Notes: generated from the letters alone by a model not told the origin. DNA of 64,000 bases from Eledone cirrhosa (GCA_964016885.1 OZ024751.1:12276001-12340000), one strand, 5' to 3'; numbered from the stretch's first letter, positions 40,717 through 54,356 are shown. Program-made: numbers and translations.

Positions 40717-41200
40717 TATAATAGTAGGGTTATTGGTGATAGTAGTTCTGGTGGTGGTAGTGGTGGTAGTGGAGCTGCTACTGGTTATTGTGGTGGTGGT
40801 GGTGGTGTTGATGATAGTTTTAATAGTGCTATTAGTAGTAGTGTTGTTGTCGGTGCTGGTTGTGGTGGAAATGCTAACATTTATGATAGCGGTAGTGGTG
40901 GTGATGGTGGTGGTGATGATGGTGGTGGTGGTGCTGGTAATGCTAGAAGTTATGATAGTGGTGATGGCAACGGTGGTGGTGGTAATCGTGGCGGTGGTGG
41001 TTATGGTGGTAATGGTGACAGTGGTGTTGTTGTTCTTGTTATTGGTGGTGGTGGTGATGGTTATGGTGGTAATACTAAAACGTATGATAATGGTGGTGGT
41101 GGTGGAGATTGTTGTGGTGGCAATTCTAAAATGTATGATAATGGTGGTGTTGGTGTTGGTGTTGGTGGTGGTTTTGTTGGTTTTGGTGGTGGTGGTGGTC
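40300..41200. repeat. (TAC)/(TGC)/(AGT)/(GGT) trinucleotide repeat field
   Basis: Directly visible. Confidence 0.9.
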
Positions 41201-41381
41201 TTGTATTGCTAAAAGGTGGAAGCAACACAAGTTTTCTCACTGAATGATGTCAGTAGAAGGTCTTATCGTAGTAATGGATGTTATTTAACCCCAGGTCAGT
41301 CTCAAACGAGTCAACATTACCAACGATGTTCCCAGCTATGATCAGCCAGATTTGTTGGGGTTTGTTTTCAGCATATATTAT

Positions 41382-41570
41382 CGGTGGATTGGCAGTTTTG
41401 GTAGAGGGTCGGACGCCATGTTTTGACGTATAGAGTTACGGTCCTTGCCATTCTGAGTTCAAATTCCGCCGAGGTTAACTTTGCCTTTCATCCTTACAGG
41501 GTCGATAAAATAACGTACCAGTAATGCACTGGGTAATTGCTGGCCTTGTGCCAAACGTAGAAACAATTAT
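41382..41570 (+). mobile_element. tRNA-derived SINE (family 1)
   Basis: Matches the consensus. Confidence 0.9.
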
Positions 41571-41599
41571 ATAACATAATTTTTAAATAGTGGGTGCTG

Positions 41600-42800
41600 G
41601 TGGTAGTGTGGGGTTAGTGGTATTGGTGTTGGTTGTTGTAGTAGTGGTTGTGGCGTTGATGTTGATGGCGGTTGTGGATATAATGGTAGTGGTTGTGTTG
41701 TTAATTGTATTGGTGTTGGTTGTTGTGGTAGTGGTTGTGGTGTTGTTGTTGATGGTGGTTCTGTTGTTAATTGTATTGGTGTTGGTTGTTGTGGTAGTGG
41801 TTGTGGCGTTGTTGTTGATGGTGGTTCTGTTGTTAATTGTATTGGTGTTGGTTGTTGTAGTAGTGGTTGTGGGGTTGTTGTTGATGGTGGTTCTGTTGTT
41901 AATTGTATTGGTGTTGGTTGTTGTAGTAGTGGTTGCGGTGTTGTTGTTGATGGTGGTTCTGTTGTTAATTGTATTGGTGTTGGTTGTTGTGGTTGTGGTG
42001 TTGTTGTTGATGGTGGTTCTGTTGTTAATTGTATTGGTGTTGGTTGTTGTAGTAGTGGTTGTGGTGTTGTTGTCGATTGTGGTAGTGGTTGTGTTGTTAT
42101 TGGAAGTATTGGTGTTGGTAGTTGTGGTAGTGGTTGTGGTGCTGTTGTCGATTGAGGTTGTGGATGTGGTGGTAGTGGTTGTGTTGTTATTTGTGTTGGT
42201 GTTGGTGGTTGTAGTAGTGGTTGTGGTGTTGTTGTCGATTGTGGTTGTGGTGGTAGTGGTTGTGTTGTTATTGGAAGTATTGGTGTTGGTGGTTGTGGTA
42301 GTGGTTGTGGTGTTGTTGTCGATTGTGGATGTGGTGGTAGTGGTTGTGTTGTTATTGGTGTTGGTGTTGGTGGTTGTAGTAGTGGTTGTGGTGTTGTTTT
42401 CGATTGTGGTTGTGGACGTGGTGGTAGTGGTTGTGTTGTTATTGGAAGTATTGGTGTTGGTGGTTGTAGTAGTGGTTGTGGTGTTGTTGTCGATTGTGGT
42501 TGTGGATGTGGTGGTAGTGGTTGCGTTGTTATTTGTGTTGGTGTTGGTGGTTGTAGTAGTGGTTGTGGTGTTGTTATTGATAGTTGTGGTTGTGATAGTG
42601 GTGGTGCGGTTGGTCTTAACTGTAATGTTGTTGTTGGTGGTGGTGGTGGTAGTTGTAATGGTAATGATGATATTAGAAGTGTTGAGAATGGAGGTGGTAG
42701 CACTAGCAATAGTAGTAATGGTATTGGCAGTAGTAGTGCTAGTGGTAGTAATAGTGGCAGTGATAGTAGTAGTAGTAGTAGTAGTAGTATCATTGGTGGT
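41600..42800. repeat. GT-rich minisatellite with ~50-75 bp units in two subtypes
   Basis: GATGGTGGTTCTGTTGTTAATTGTATTGGTGTTGG units followed by GTCGATTGTGG...TTATTGG units. Confidence 0.9.
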
Positions 42801-43035
42801 GGTGGTCGTCGTGTTGTAGCGGTGGTCTAAATACGTGACGTGACGGCTAAGAGTTGCAATAGAAATAGAAGAATAAGCGTAAGAAGCGAAGCCTGTGAAG
42901 AAGGAGAAATCTGCGGTTTAGGGCTGTTGTGGCTATCACGGAAACACAAGTGTATAGTGGCTTTTGTGGCTAGCTTCGCTGGATTTAATCGAATTCTAAG
43001 CCATCCCTTCTCCTTTCCTCCCGCCATCTTGTTTC

Positions 43036-43539
43036 CTATTTGCCTCACCACAGCTCCACGGCTTGGCTAACCACAAACTCTTGTTAAATATGTTATCAAC
43101 CATCTCCTGACTGACTGACTGACTGTCCAAGAAATACACATCTCTCTATCTCTATCTGTCGATCTCCCATCTCCCTTGTCTCCTTCCTCTCCTCCTCCTA
43201 ATTCTCCCCCTCACTCATCATCATCATCATCAACACCACTATTTACCTCACCACAGAACCACAGCTCGGCTAACCACAAAATCATCTACTGACTGACTGA
43301 CTGACTGCCCAAGAAACATACATCTCTCTATTTACCCACTCACCCTCTCTCTATCCATCACACTACCTCCCTCACTCACCCTCTCCCTCCGCTCCTTCCT
43401 CTCCGCATCCTAATTCTCCTACTTCTACTTATCATCATCATCACCACTATTTACCTCACCGCAGCACCACAGCTCGGCTAACCACAAACTCATCTTCCGA
43501 CTGACTGACTGTCCCACAACTCACTCTCTATCTCTCTCA

Positions 43540-43576
<37 letters not shown>

Positions 43577-43726
43577 TCTCCTTCTCTTACTTCTACTAAT
43601 CATCATCATAATCATTGCTATTTAGCATCACTATTATCAACATCATCACTATTTGCCTCTACAGAAGCTTGGCTAACCACAAACTAATGTTAAATTGTTA
43701 TCCATCCACGGATTGACTGACTGTCC
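43036..43726. repeat. Four ~200-bp tandem units with conserved GGCTAACCACAAA and (CTGA)n
   Basis: Units start at 43036, 43239, 43447 and 43649. Confidence 0.85.
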
Positions 43727-43752
43727 AAAATGTCTCTGTTTCCCTCTCGCCC

Positions 43753-43822
<70 letters not shown>

Positions 43823-44477
43823 TTCCATCTATGTATCTCTTTTTCTCTGCCACCCTCACCCTCTCTCCAACACACTCTCCACCTCTCTCATTCCATCTCT
43901 CCCCTACCTCACCTCTTTCTCTCTCAATCTAACTACCTATCTATATATCTATCTATCTATCTATCTATCTATATATCTATCTAACTATCTATCTATCTAT
44001 CTAACTATCTATCTATCTATCTCTCCTGCCCTCAGCATCTCTCGAACTACCCCTCTCACTACTTCACTCTCTCCACCCCTTTCCCCCCTCTCATTTCTTC
44101 TCTTGCTCCTCCTTTCTGTCCAACCCCCGCTTCCTCTCTCTCTGCCTCTCTCTGTGTCACACATTTTCACTCAATCTCTATCTCCCCTCGATCCCTCTCA
44201 TCATCTCATCATCATCATCATCATCTCACCTTACTCTTCTTCTCATCACACAGCTCTCCCTACTCCTACATTTACACTTTACACCATTTTGTTTTCTTCA
44301 TTTCGGGTGAGGGCTTCATTTTTTTTTTTTTTTCTTTGGCAGAAGAAATTTCCATTTCTTTTTCTTTTTTTCTTTTTCTCTTTTTTCGTCCGATTTCCCC
44401 CATCCATTTCTTCCCTACCACCACCACTACTCCGAAAATTATTACTTCACTCCCCAGCACCACCCATTAGCGTTTGT

Positions 44478-44479
44478 TG

Positions 44480-44535
<56 letters not shown>

Positions 44536-47065
44536 CATTATTGCTGTTGTTGTTGTTGTTGTTGTTTATCATAGTCTTCTCCATTTTCTTCATCCATTTC
44601 CTCTTCTCGTTCAGTCTTCCATCGCCACACTCCAGGCACAATACATAACACACGACCACCAATACCATCACCTCCGCTATCATCGCCACCACCAACACCA
44701 CCACCACCACCAACAACAACAACACCACCACCACCACCACCAACAACACCGCCACTATCACCACCAACACCACCACCACCAACACTACCAACACCACCAC
44801 CACCTCTGCTATCATAACAACCACCACCACTACCACCACCACCATCACCATCACCACCACCAACACCACCCAAACCAAACACCAACACAATCACTAATAC
44901 CACAGTGACCACCGTAGCCACTAATACTATCATCACAACCACAAACACAAAACCTCCACCACCAGCACCCAAACAAACACCAAAATCAACCACTAATACC
45001 ACCATAACCACCACAAACATTAATACCACCTAATTCCAAAAATACAATGGCCACTAATACTACCACCATAACTACCACCGCCACCATCACTAATACCACC
45101 ACTACAACCACCACCACCACTGCCACCACCACTAATACTAACACCACTAACACAAGCACTACCAACATCATCATCACGAAACCCAGTACCATCACAATCG
45201 CCGTCACCACTACCACTACCACCAACACAAGCACTACTATCACGATCACCACCACTGCAACCACTAATACCACTACCACCACCATTACCACAACTACCAC
45301 CACCACTAATACCACCACTACCACTAATACCACTACCACCACCACCACTACCAATAAAATCACCACCACCACCACCACCACCACTATTTACAACAACCAT
45401 CACTACCACCACCACTACCACCACTATTTACAACAACCATCACCACCACCACCACCACCACTATTTACAACAACCATCACCACCACCACCACCACTATTT
45501 ACAATAACCATCACTACCACCACCACCACCATCACCACTATTTACAACCACCGCCACCACCACCACTATCTACAACAACCATCACTACCACCACCACCAC
45601 CACTATTAATACAACCACCAACACCACCACCACCACCACTACCAATAAAACCACCACCACCACCACCACCACCACCACTACCAATAAAACCACCACCACC
45701 ACCACCACCACCACCACTACCAATAAAACCACCACCACCAATAAAACCACCACCACCACCACCACCACTACCACCACCACCACCACAACCACCACCAATA
45801 AAACCACCACCACCACCACCACAACCACCACCACCAATAAAAACACCACCACCACCACCAATAAAACCACCACCACCACCACCACCACCACCACCACCAC
45901 CACAACCACCACCACCACTACCACCACCACCACCACAACCACCACCAATAAAACCACCACCACCACCACCACCACCACCACAACCACCACCACCAATAAA
46001 AACACCACCACCACCACCACAACCACCACCACCAATAAAACCACCACCACCACCACAACCACCACCACCAATAAAACCACCACCACCACCACCACCACCA
46101 CCACCACCACCACCACTACCAATAAAACCACCACCACCAATAAAACCACCACCACCACCACCACCACTACCACCACCACCACCACAACCACCACCAATAA
46201 AACCACCACCACCACCACCACAACCACCACCACCAATAAAAACACCACCACCACCACCACAACCACCACCACCAATAAAACCACCACCACCACCACCACC
46301 ACCACCACCACCACCACAACCACCACCACCACTACCACCACCACCACCACAACCACCACCAATAAAACCACCACCACCACAACCACCACCACCACCACCA
46401 CAACCACCACCACCAATAAAAACACCACCACCACCACCACAACCACCACCACCAATAAAACCACCACCACCACCACCACAACCACCACCACCAATAAAAC
46501 CACCACCACCACCACCACCACCACCACCACCACAACCACCACCACCACTACCACCACCACCACCACAACCACCACCAATAAAACCACCACCACCACCACC
46601 ACCACCACCACCACAACCACCACCACCAATAAAAGCACCACCACCACCACCACAACCACCACCACCAATAAAACCACCACCACCACCACCACAACCACCA
46701 CCACCAATAAAAACACCACCACCACCACCACAACCACCACCACCAATAAAAACACCACCACAACCACCACCACCACCACCACCACCACCACAACCACCAC
46801 CAATAAAACCACAACCACCACCACCACTACCACCACCACCACCACAACCACCACCAATAAAACCACCACCACCACCACCACCACCACAAACACCACCACC
46901 AATAAAAACACCACCACCACCACCACAACCACCACCACCAATAAAAACACCACCACCACCACCACAACCACCACCACCAATAAAAACACCACCACAACCA
47001 CCACCACCACCACCACCACCACCACAACCACCACCAATAAAAACACCACCACCACCACCACTATC
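44478..47065. repeat. (TTA)/(GTT) tracts followed by a long (ACC)n array punctuated by AATAAA
   Basis: Directly visible; ACCAATAAAA recurs dozens of times in 45350-47045. Confidence 0.95.
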
Positions 47066-47665
47066 TACACCAATGATATAGTTGACCACTCAAGACAGTC
47101 AGTCCGAATCACAATAACTACCTACAATATGGTCATATTCTTTGGACACAGCCAAATCTACCATTTCTTGATCCTTCACATTTATCGTCCTGTCCCACTA
47201 CTACTCTTTACCCCCCCCCCCCCCCTTCTCAACCTCCTCATCCTCCTCATCATCATCATCCTTCTTACTCTAGTACTACTTACTATTACTATCACCACCG
47301 CCTCCACCATGTGTCCTTCACCTCTCCTCTTTCGTGTTGATTTTTCTGGCAATTGCACACATGCGCCTCCACGCTCCATTATTCTGTCCACTTGTCTTTC
47401 TTTCTTTCTTTCCCTCTCCGCCATCCATTTCTTTCCCTCCCCATTCTCACTGCTTCTCTGCATTTCTCTATCTCCCTCTTACACATTCCCTCTCTGTCTC
47501 TCTCTCTGTCTCACTCTCACCTTCCCCCTCTCTCTTTCACTCTCCCTCTCATTCACTCTCTCCGTCCCTCTCCCTCTCTCTCTCCCTCTCTCTATATCCC
47601 TCTCCCTCTCTCTATATCCCTCTCATTCTCTCTCTCCCTCCCTCTCACTCTATCTCCCCCTCACC

Positions 47666-47703
<38 letters not shown>

Positions 47704-48290
47704 TACAGAAATGCGTAAGTCCTCTCTGCATGTTCTACACGACGGCGTTTTTTTGTGCCACCTTTACTCAAACACTCTCGATCCTTCTCGTTTCTCTTCC
47801 TGGTCTCAATCATGTTGTCTCAACCCCAACTGTAGGTCCCACCTTCAACCTCAAAATGGCTGCCTTCTGGTACGTCAGGTTTCTGTAGACATCAACTTGG
47901 CACGGCACACGAGCAACAATACTATTAGGTCGTCAAGTATGCAATTTGTAGAAATTTGTTTTTTTAATTTCTACAAATTTTATACTTGGCGAGCCAATAG
48001 CATCGAATCCAGGATTCAAAAAAGTCTTCAAAAACTTTCAGGGCTGCCTTTGACTGTATCAGATCCACCTAAAGAATGAGAAAGACAAAAACAAAATCTA
48101 TAACGAACTGAATAAACATTGATGTGTGTTTCTTTCTGTGTGTGTGAGTGTGTGTGTCAGACGCGATATTTGGTGAGAAAATTGAGCAATGACCTGTATT
48201 GATCAACTGCTATTGGACTCTCCCATTTACACATTTCAAACTCACAGAGCACTTCGATACTGCATATATATATATATATGTGTGTGTGTA

Positions 48291-48406
<116 letters not shown>

Positions 48407-49357
48407 AAGTTTGAGAGAGATATGTGTATGTACGAGTATGTATGTATGTATGAATGTTTCTTACATAATGTGTATATTGAGGGCTTTTTTCTTCTCCTTT
48501 CCCTTCAAAAATTACAATCAACAACACCTTTTTCCCTTCCTTTCTTTCTTTTAATTCAATTTTCCTCGATTATCTGTTTTTATATTATTTTAATATTTAG
48601 AGAATAAAAAAAATTCTTATTTGTAGCGCCAATTCTCATTCATCTTAAGAATATGTAAAATTCCAATCATACACACACAAACACCAACTCACAACAATTA
48701 TCACACAGATTCGATCGATCCAGTAAAAGGAATTTTTATCTTTTGATTATATATTAGATTTTTTTTTACCGTGTATGACTTTATTTGCTATGTACTTTTG
48801 TTTGGGAGGTTAAAATTTGAATTTTTTAGAAATTAAAAAAAATGTAATAATAGAAAGTGAATTTCGTAAAAAGAAAGTTGTTAAAAATATCAAATTGAAA
48901 CTAAAATTTAATAAATGCCAAAAAAATGAAATAAATTAAAACACAAAAATTGCATTTTTTAAAAAGTTGAGTTTATTGTATGTGTATGCGTGTGTGTTTG
49001 TGTGTTTGTTTGTGTGTATGTGTGTGTGTGTTTCTGTGTTTGTGAGTGTATGCGTATGAGTGTGTGTGTTTGTGTACGTGTGAGCGTGTGTACGTGTTTG
49101 TGAGTGTATGCGTGTGTGTGTGTTTTTGTGTGTTTATGTACGTATGAGTATGTGTATGTGTTTGTGCGTATGTATGCGTCTGTGTGTGTGTGTGTGTGTG
49201 TGTGCGTTTCTACACAAGCATCAGGCCTTTTTTTTTTTTTTTTACTGTTTAACCAAGGACGGAATGAAAGTGCTCGCAACCCATTTCAAGAGAGGCAATG
49301 TCAAGTGTGTTTCTATGTCTGCTGGCAACAACTTGGATACCTAGTATCCCTGAGTGA

Positions 49358-49492
<135 letters not shown>

Positions 49493-49904
49493 CGTGCGTA
49501 TGTGCGCGTGTGTGTGCGCGTGTGTGTGTGCGTATGTGCGTGCGCGTGTGCGTGTGTGTATGTGCGTGTGTGTATATGTGTGTGTGTGTGTGTATTCGTG
49601 AGTAAATACCCACCACGTTAACAGCGAAAACAAATTGTTATATATATATATATATATATATATATTCATTTTTTTGTGAGAAAATTGTTATTGCACACAT
49701 AACTCTGAGCTACCTAATGTATCTAGGCTAGAATTTCAATAAATATTCTGATAAAATATATTTCCCTCCATTTTAAGTATATATTTCGTATATGTGAACA
49801 AAAGTAACTAGACGCAGTAGAATTCCATATATAGAGAGATAGACAGATAAAATTCTGTATAAGACATGTGTAGGGTAGGTTTCAGTAGATTCATGAAACA
49901 TTGA

Positions 49905-50060
49905 ATGAATGGCAGAATAGGTAGAGCGTCAGATATGTTGATATTGCAGTATTCGCTCTAGCATTTAATATTCTGAGTTCAGATTCTGCCGAGGTCAACT
50001 TCCTCCGGGCCGATGAACTAAAGTCTCATTCATGTACTGTGATTGATTTAATCGATTTTT
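49905..50060 (+). mobile_element. Degenerate family-1 SINE
   Basis: TGGCAGAATAGGTAGAGCGTCAGA head and CTGAGTTCAGATTCTGCCGAGGTCAAC core. Confidence 0.65.
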
Positions 50061-50126
50061 TCCCACCCACCCTGCAAAAGGTTTGCTCGTATACCTATAT
50101 AAGACATCAGTATACTATATATATAT

Positions 50127-50177
50127 GTATTCCTGATGATTTATCAAGAATGAAACAGTTCTAGTCCTGTAGAATAT
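50127..50177 (+). ncRNA. Type I hammerhead-like motif
   Basis: GTATTC-CTGATGA-TTTATCAAGAAT-GAAA-CAG ttctagtc CTG-TA-GAATAT, then ATTAAA; lies between (TA)n tracts; stem II is weak. Confidence 0.65.
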
Positions 50178-50260
50178 CATCTATATTAAAACTGTTATAC
50201 TCTGTTATGTATTGAGTACCTTACTTACTGTGGTTACCTCCGATTCAACCCGGAATAACT

Positions 50261-50311
<51 letters not shown>

Positions 50312-50346
50312 CATGTGCGAATTCTCACTCTTAACAAACGCGAATT

Positions 50347-50743
50347 CGGTGGATTGGCAGTATCGGTAGAGGGTCGGACGCCATGCTTTGCAGCACAGTT
50401 ACGTCCCTTTACGGACTGAGTTCAAATCCCGCCGAGGTTAACTTTGCCTTTCATCCTTACGGGGTCGATAAAATAAAGTACCAGTTATACCCTGGGATAA
50501 TTGCTGGCCTTGTGCCAAAAGTAGAAACAATTATTTAGTATTCCATGAGGGCGGTGGATTGGCAGTATCGGTAGAGAGTCAGACACCATGCTTTGCAGCA
50601 AAGAGTTACGTCCCTTTATGGTCTGAGTTCAAATCCCACCGAGGTTAACTTTGCCTTTCATCCTTACGGGGTCGATAAAAAAACGTACCAGTAATACACT
50701 AGGATAATTGCTGGCCTTGTGCCAAAAAGTAGAAACAATTATT
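50347..50743 (+). mobile_element. Two tandem family-1 SINEs (50347-50535, 50549-50743)
   Basis: Both match the consensus. Confidence 0.92.
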
Positions 50744-50785
50744 TAGTCTTCTAAGGAAATTAGTAGTGGAGACATTACTGATCTG

Positions 50786-50865
50786 AACATCCACTGAAGA
50801 GCATTGGATCTTTACCCCTCTCCACTGAATTGTGAAACAGTTCTACCCAAAGCTGTCAGGATGTT
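50786..50865 (+). ncRNA. Type I hammerhead with full stem III and GUC site
   Basis: AACATCC-A-CTGAAGA (50794-50800), imperfect stem II, GAAA (50834-50837), CAGTT ctacccaa AGCTG, TC, A-GGATGTT. Confidence 0.7.
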
Positions 50866-51033
50866 GATAGTTATCATAATCGGTTTGTTAATCATAATTT
50901 ATCCTTTTGAGTATTGTGAACCATATAATCTTTAGTCAGTATTTGCTTCACCCTGGCGGTTTATGTCTCTTGGTTTATGTGATTTGAACGCATATATGTT
51001 TATATCTGTGTTCATCTCTCTTTATGGTATATT

Positions 51034-51119
<86 letters not shown>

Positions 51120-51350
51120 GAAACACACAGATACATGCGGACACACACATATATACATGAATGCATCCGCACCCAACTGTGAGTTAAGGGTGCCAACTTC
51201 ACCGATGTTGCTCAATGAATGACTGGGACAGACCAATTCAGTTTGAACCAGACTGAACCAGTATCAGAGTTAAAAATACATTATGAAGAGAGAAGAAACA
51301 TTTAGATATAATTAGTAATAAAATGTATCATACCTAAACTGATATGTATA

Positions 51351-51385
<35 letters not shown>

Positions 51386-51552
51386 ATTACACAATAATCA
51401 AAGCTATGTCATTTATATTCCGTCTCTGTAAAACATCTCATGTATTTACATTGAGCTATTTTTTCTTACTGATAATAAGGTAGTAATAAATTACCGACCG
51501 ACTTTTCCTGTTTATAGTGTATACATAACTATGTATACACTATAAATAATAT

Positions 51553-51589
<37 letters not shown>

Positions 51590-51595
<6 letters not shown>

Positions 51596-51900
51596 CAATA
51601 TCGGAGAAAGCGTTTTAGCGATACTCCGGCCAAATTCCAACTCACTCAACAAACATTAGGAAATATGTGATTATATTCCTAATTATGCGTTCGGGGTGCT
51701 AACTAAAAGTATTGCGTGGAAAAATGGCTGTATTATTTCATATGAGACATATCTAATATATCTCTTCCCAGACGGACGTCTCGTTTCATTATATGATTTC
51801 TACAATTTGGGTGAAATTATACCAATTTATGTAGGAGCTTGTATACCATCACTAGATATATATTCATCAGTCGGTGCTCCAATAATACTAATATTGATAA
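51590..51900 (-). mobile_element. Non-coding hammerhead-bearing element related to 8595-8889
   Basis: Minus strand: CTGATGA (51864-51870), long stem II, GAAA-CGAGACGTCCG-TC-TGGGAAGAGATAT. The tail TTGAGTGAGTTGG...GGCCGGAG resembles 8833-8860. Confidence 0.6.
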
Positions 51901-53154
51901 TCTAACAAAACATCAGTATTTAGCGATAATCATCATCCTCTGTGCCTGAGGTATCTGTCAGGTTGCCAGTTCAGCAGTTTTAAATAAGTGCTCAAACTGA
52001 TTAAAAAAATGAGGAAGTAAATTACCGCTATATATATATATATACTTTTTTTTTTTTTTTTTTTTTTGAAGACAGCATATATATGTGAAGGTATGTATAT
52101 TTCCTCTGATAGTTTGTAACAATTTTACATAGATCTATATGATATACATACCAACGCACATATATATCCTAGAAACGATTGTAAAATGATGAATTTTTTA
52201 ATATAAGGAACTTGTTCTTTGTTTTTATTCATTGTTTTTATTAATTTATATATATATATATATATTACCCCAAGAATCGAGTACTCTGGTGAGTAACTGT
52301 CTAACTAGTTTCTAGCTGAATCTATAAATACATGTGTATGTATGTATATATGATAGACTCTCCTATCGTATATCGACGTAGGAGGTTTCAGCACATTTCT
52401 CACTTCAGTGTATGTGTCTATCTGTATGTGTGTATGTATGTGCATCTTTGTGTGTATTTGTTCTTGTGTGTATGTGTATGTCTACATCTGTGTCTGTATG
52501 GGAATAATATCCGTCAGTTTTTTCACGAAACGCACTCACTACTTTTATTATATTACTCGATGCATCATTTCCACAGAAGCTTCTGTTAACCTGTCAGTGA
52601 TAATAAATAGCAATTTGCAACTATCTTTGTAGAAATCCAATGAGAGTCTTCACAGTTAAAAACATGTCTCTCTAAGCCAATGAGCAGACAATGAGAAATA
52701 TTTTTCTCCAGGCAAATTCTGTTTTAGAAAATAAAGTTTAATGAAGTGAAAATATAGAAAGCAGTAACAAATGTGAGTTAATTCTGTAAGAACAATAACA
52801 GCATTTAAGTTAGAATTGCCAAATTATGTTCTATGCCAGCTGGATTAAACATGGCTTTTAAATTATAGTTTCATGGTAATTTCGAAAACGTAAAAACTAA
52901 AAGAAACCAAGAAAAACACGAATCATGTTAGATTGTATTAGTTTGTCAGGTATGCTGTTAAATCACAAAATAAAAAAAATCAAAGTGTTGACTTTAAGTG
53001 TGTATGTATTTACAGTTGGTATAGATTTCACACCTCAGGTAAAACTGTTTTAGTAATTGCTATCTAGGAATCTAGGTAATACAGATAACACAGTGGTGTG
53101 ATAGACACGATGATGTATTGAACAAAATGTTGCCTCTAATTACTTTTACACAGA

Positions 53155-53760
53155 CGAAGGTGTGTTGAAAATTTCATAGGAGGACTATGAAGAAGTAATG
53201 CTATTGCTGTGAAATCTTTACATGCATTCATTTCGACTCTTAATAATTGCATTGTTTTATTTTTTCATATGGTGGTTGTTTGGCAGTATTGGTAGAGCGT
53301 CGGACATGTTTCGCGGCATAGAGTTGCGGCCCTTTACGTTCTGAGTTAAAATCCCACCGAAGTTAGCTTTGCCTTTCGTCCTTACGGGATCGATAACAGA
53401 AAGCACCAGTAATGTACCGGGGTCGATTTAATCGACTTTACCCTCCCCTAAAATTGTTGGCCTTGTGCCTAAATCAGACACTATTTTTTATAGGGTGATT
53501 GCGAAGGAGTGATGCTAGAGCTATAAAATCTCGCATACATAAATTTCACCTCCTAATAACTGCATTGTTTTATTTTTTCATAGGGTGACTGCGAGGGGGT
53601 GATGCTAGAGCTGTGAAATCTCACATGCATAACTTTCAACTCCTAATAACCGTATTGTTTTATTTGTTCATAGAGTGACTGCAAAGGAGTGATGCTAGAT
53701 TGTGAAATCTCACATGCATTAATTCCACATTCTAATAATTACATTGTTTTATTTTCATCT
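53155..53760 (+). repeat. Four ~90-bp tandem units (possibly mariner-MITE derived) split by a SINE at 53271-53488
   Basis: TAGGGTGACTGC...GATGCTAGAGCTGTGAAATCTC...TAATAACTGCATTGTTTTATTTT units near 53176, 53490, 53581 and 53670. Confidence 0.8.
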
Positions 53761-54212
53761 TCAGGTAAACAAAAATCTGATTTTTCAAAGAAGACTTCAA
53801 AAGTAAGTCGTAAATGATTCTCACTTCGATATCAATATCTTAACATCCGGTTGATATATAAACCACGAAAAAAAAGCTTGAAATTCAAAATGGAGTCATT
53901 CCACTGCAGATAACTATAATAGTAGTTGAGAACTATGCGTAATTTTTTTTTTTAATCAACTAAATACTCAATGGAGTTGGAAAAAGTCGATAGAGGTGAT
54001 TTATTTCTACTATAATTTATAGTTAACCACTATTATTTTAGTCATCTGCATTGGGTCAACTACATTTCAAATATCACTTATTGGCCAGATGCTGCATTTT
54101 AATTTAATTTCATTTATTCCTTGTTAAATGTTTAACTATTTACAATATATATATATGTGTCCCAAGGCTCTAAAACTATCAACACCCAAAACCCAGAGGT
54201 GGCATATCTAAG

Positions 54213-54268
54213 ACTGCCTGATGAGGTCATAGCCATACAATGGCTATCATCGAAATATGTATAGCGGT
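54213..54268 (+). ncRNA. Minimal type I hammerhead ribozyme with intact core
   Basis: ACTGC-CTGATGA-GGTCATAGCCA tacaa TGGCTATCATC-GAAA-TATGTA-TA-GCGGT, then AATAAA, in a ~160-bp cassette between (TA)n tracts. Confidence 0.8.
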
Positions 54269-54311
54269 AAATAAAGGATTATGAGTTCATACAATTGACT
54301 TATGTTTCGTC

Positions 54312-54356
<45 letters not shown>

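Noticed and set aside
41567-42793. 408-aa mucin-like minus-strand ORF with a hydrophobic N-terminus
   Set aside because: Both strands are open because of a trinucleotide-derived minisatellite, and the apparent signal peptide is a (CTA)n tract. RNA evidence would be needed.
45047-48079. 1010-aa Thr-rich ORF and antisense poly-Val/Gly ORFs
   Set aside because: These are translations of stop-free (ACC)n and (CT)n repeats with no recognisable domain.
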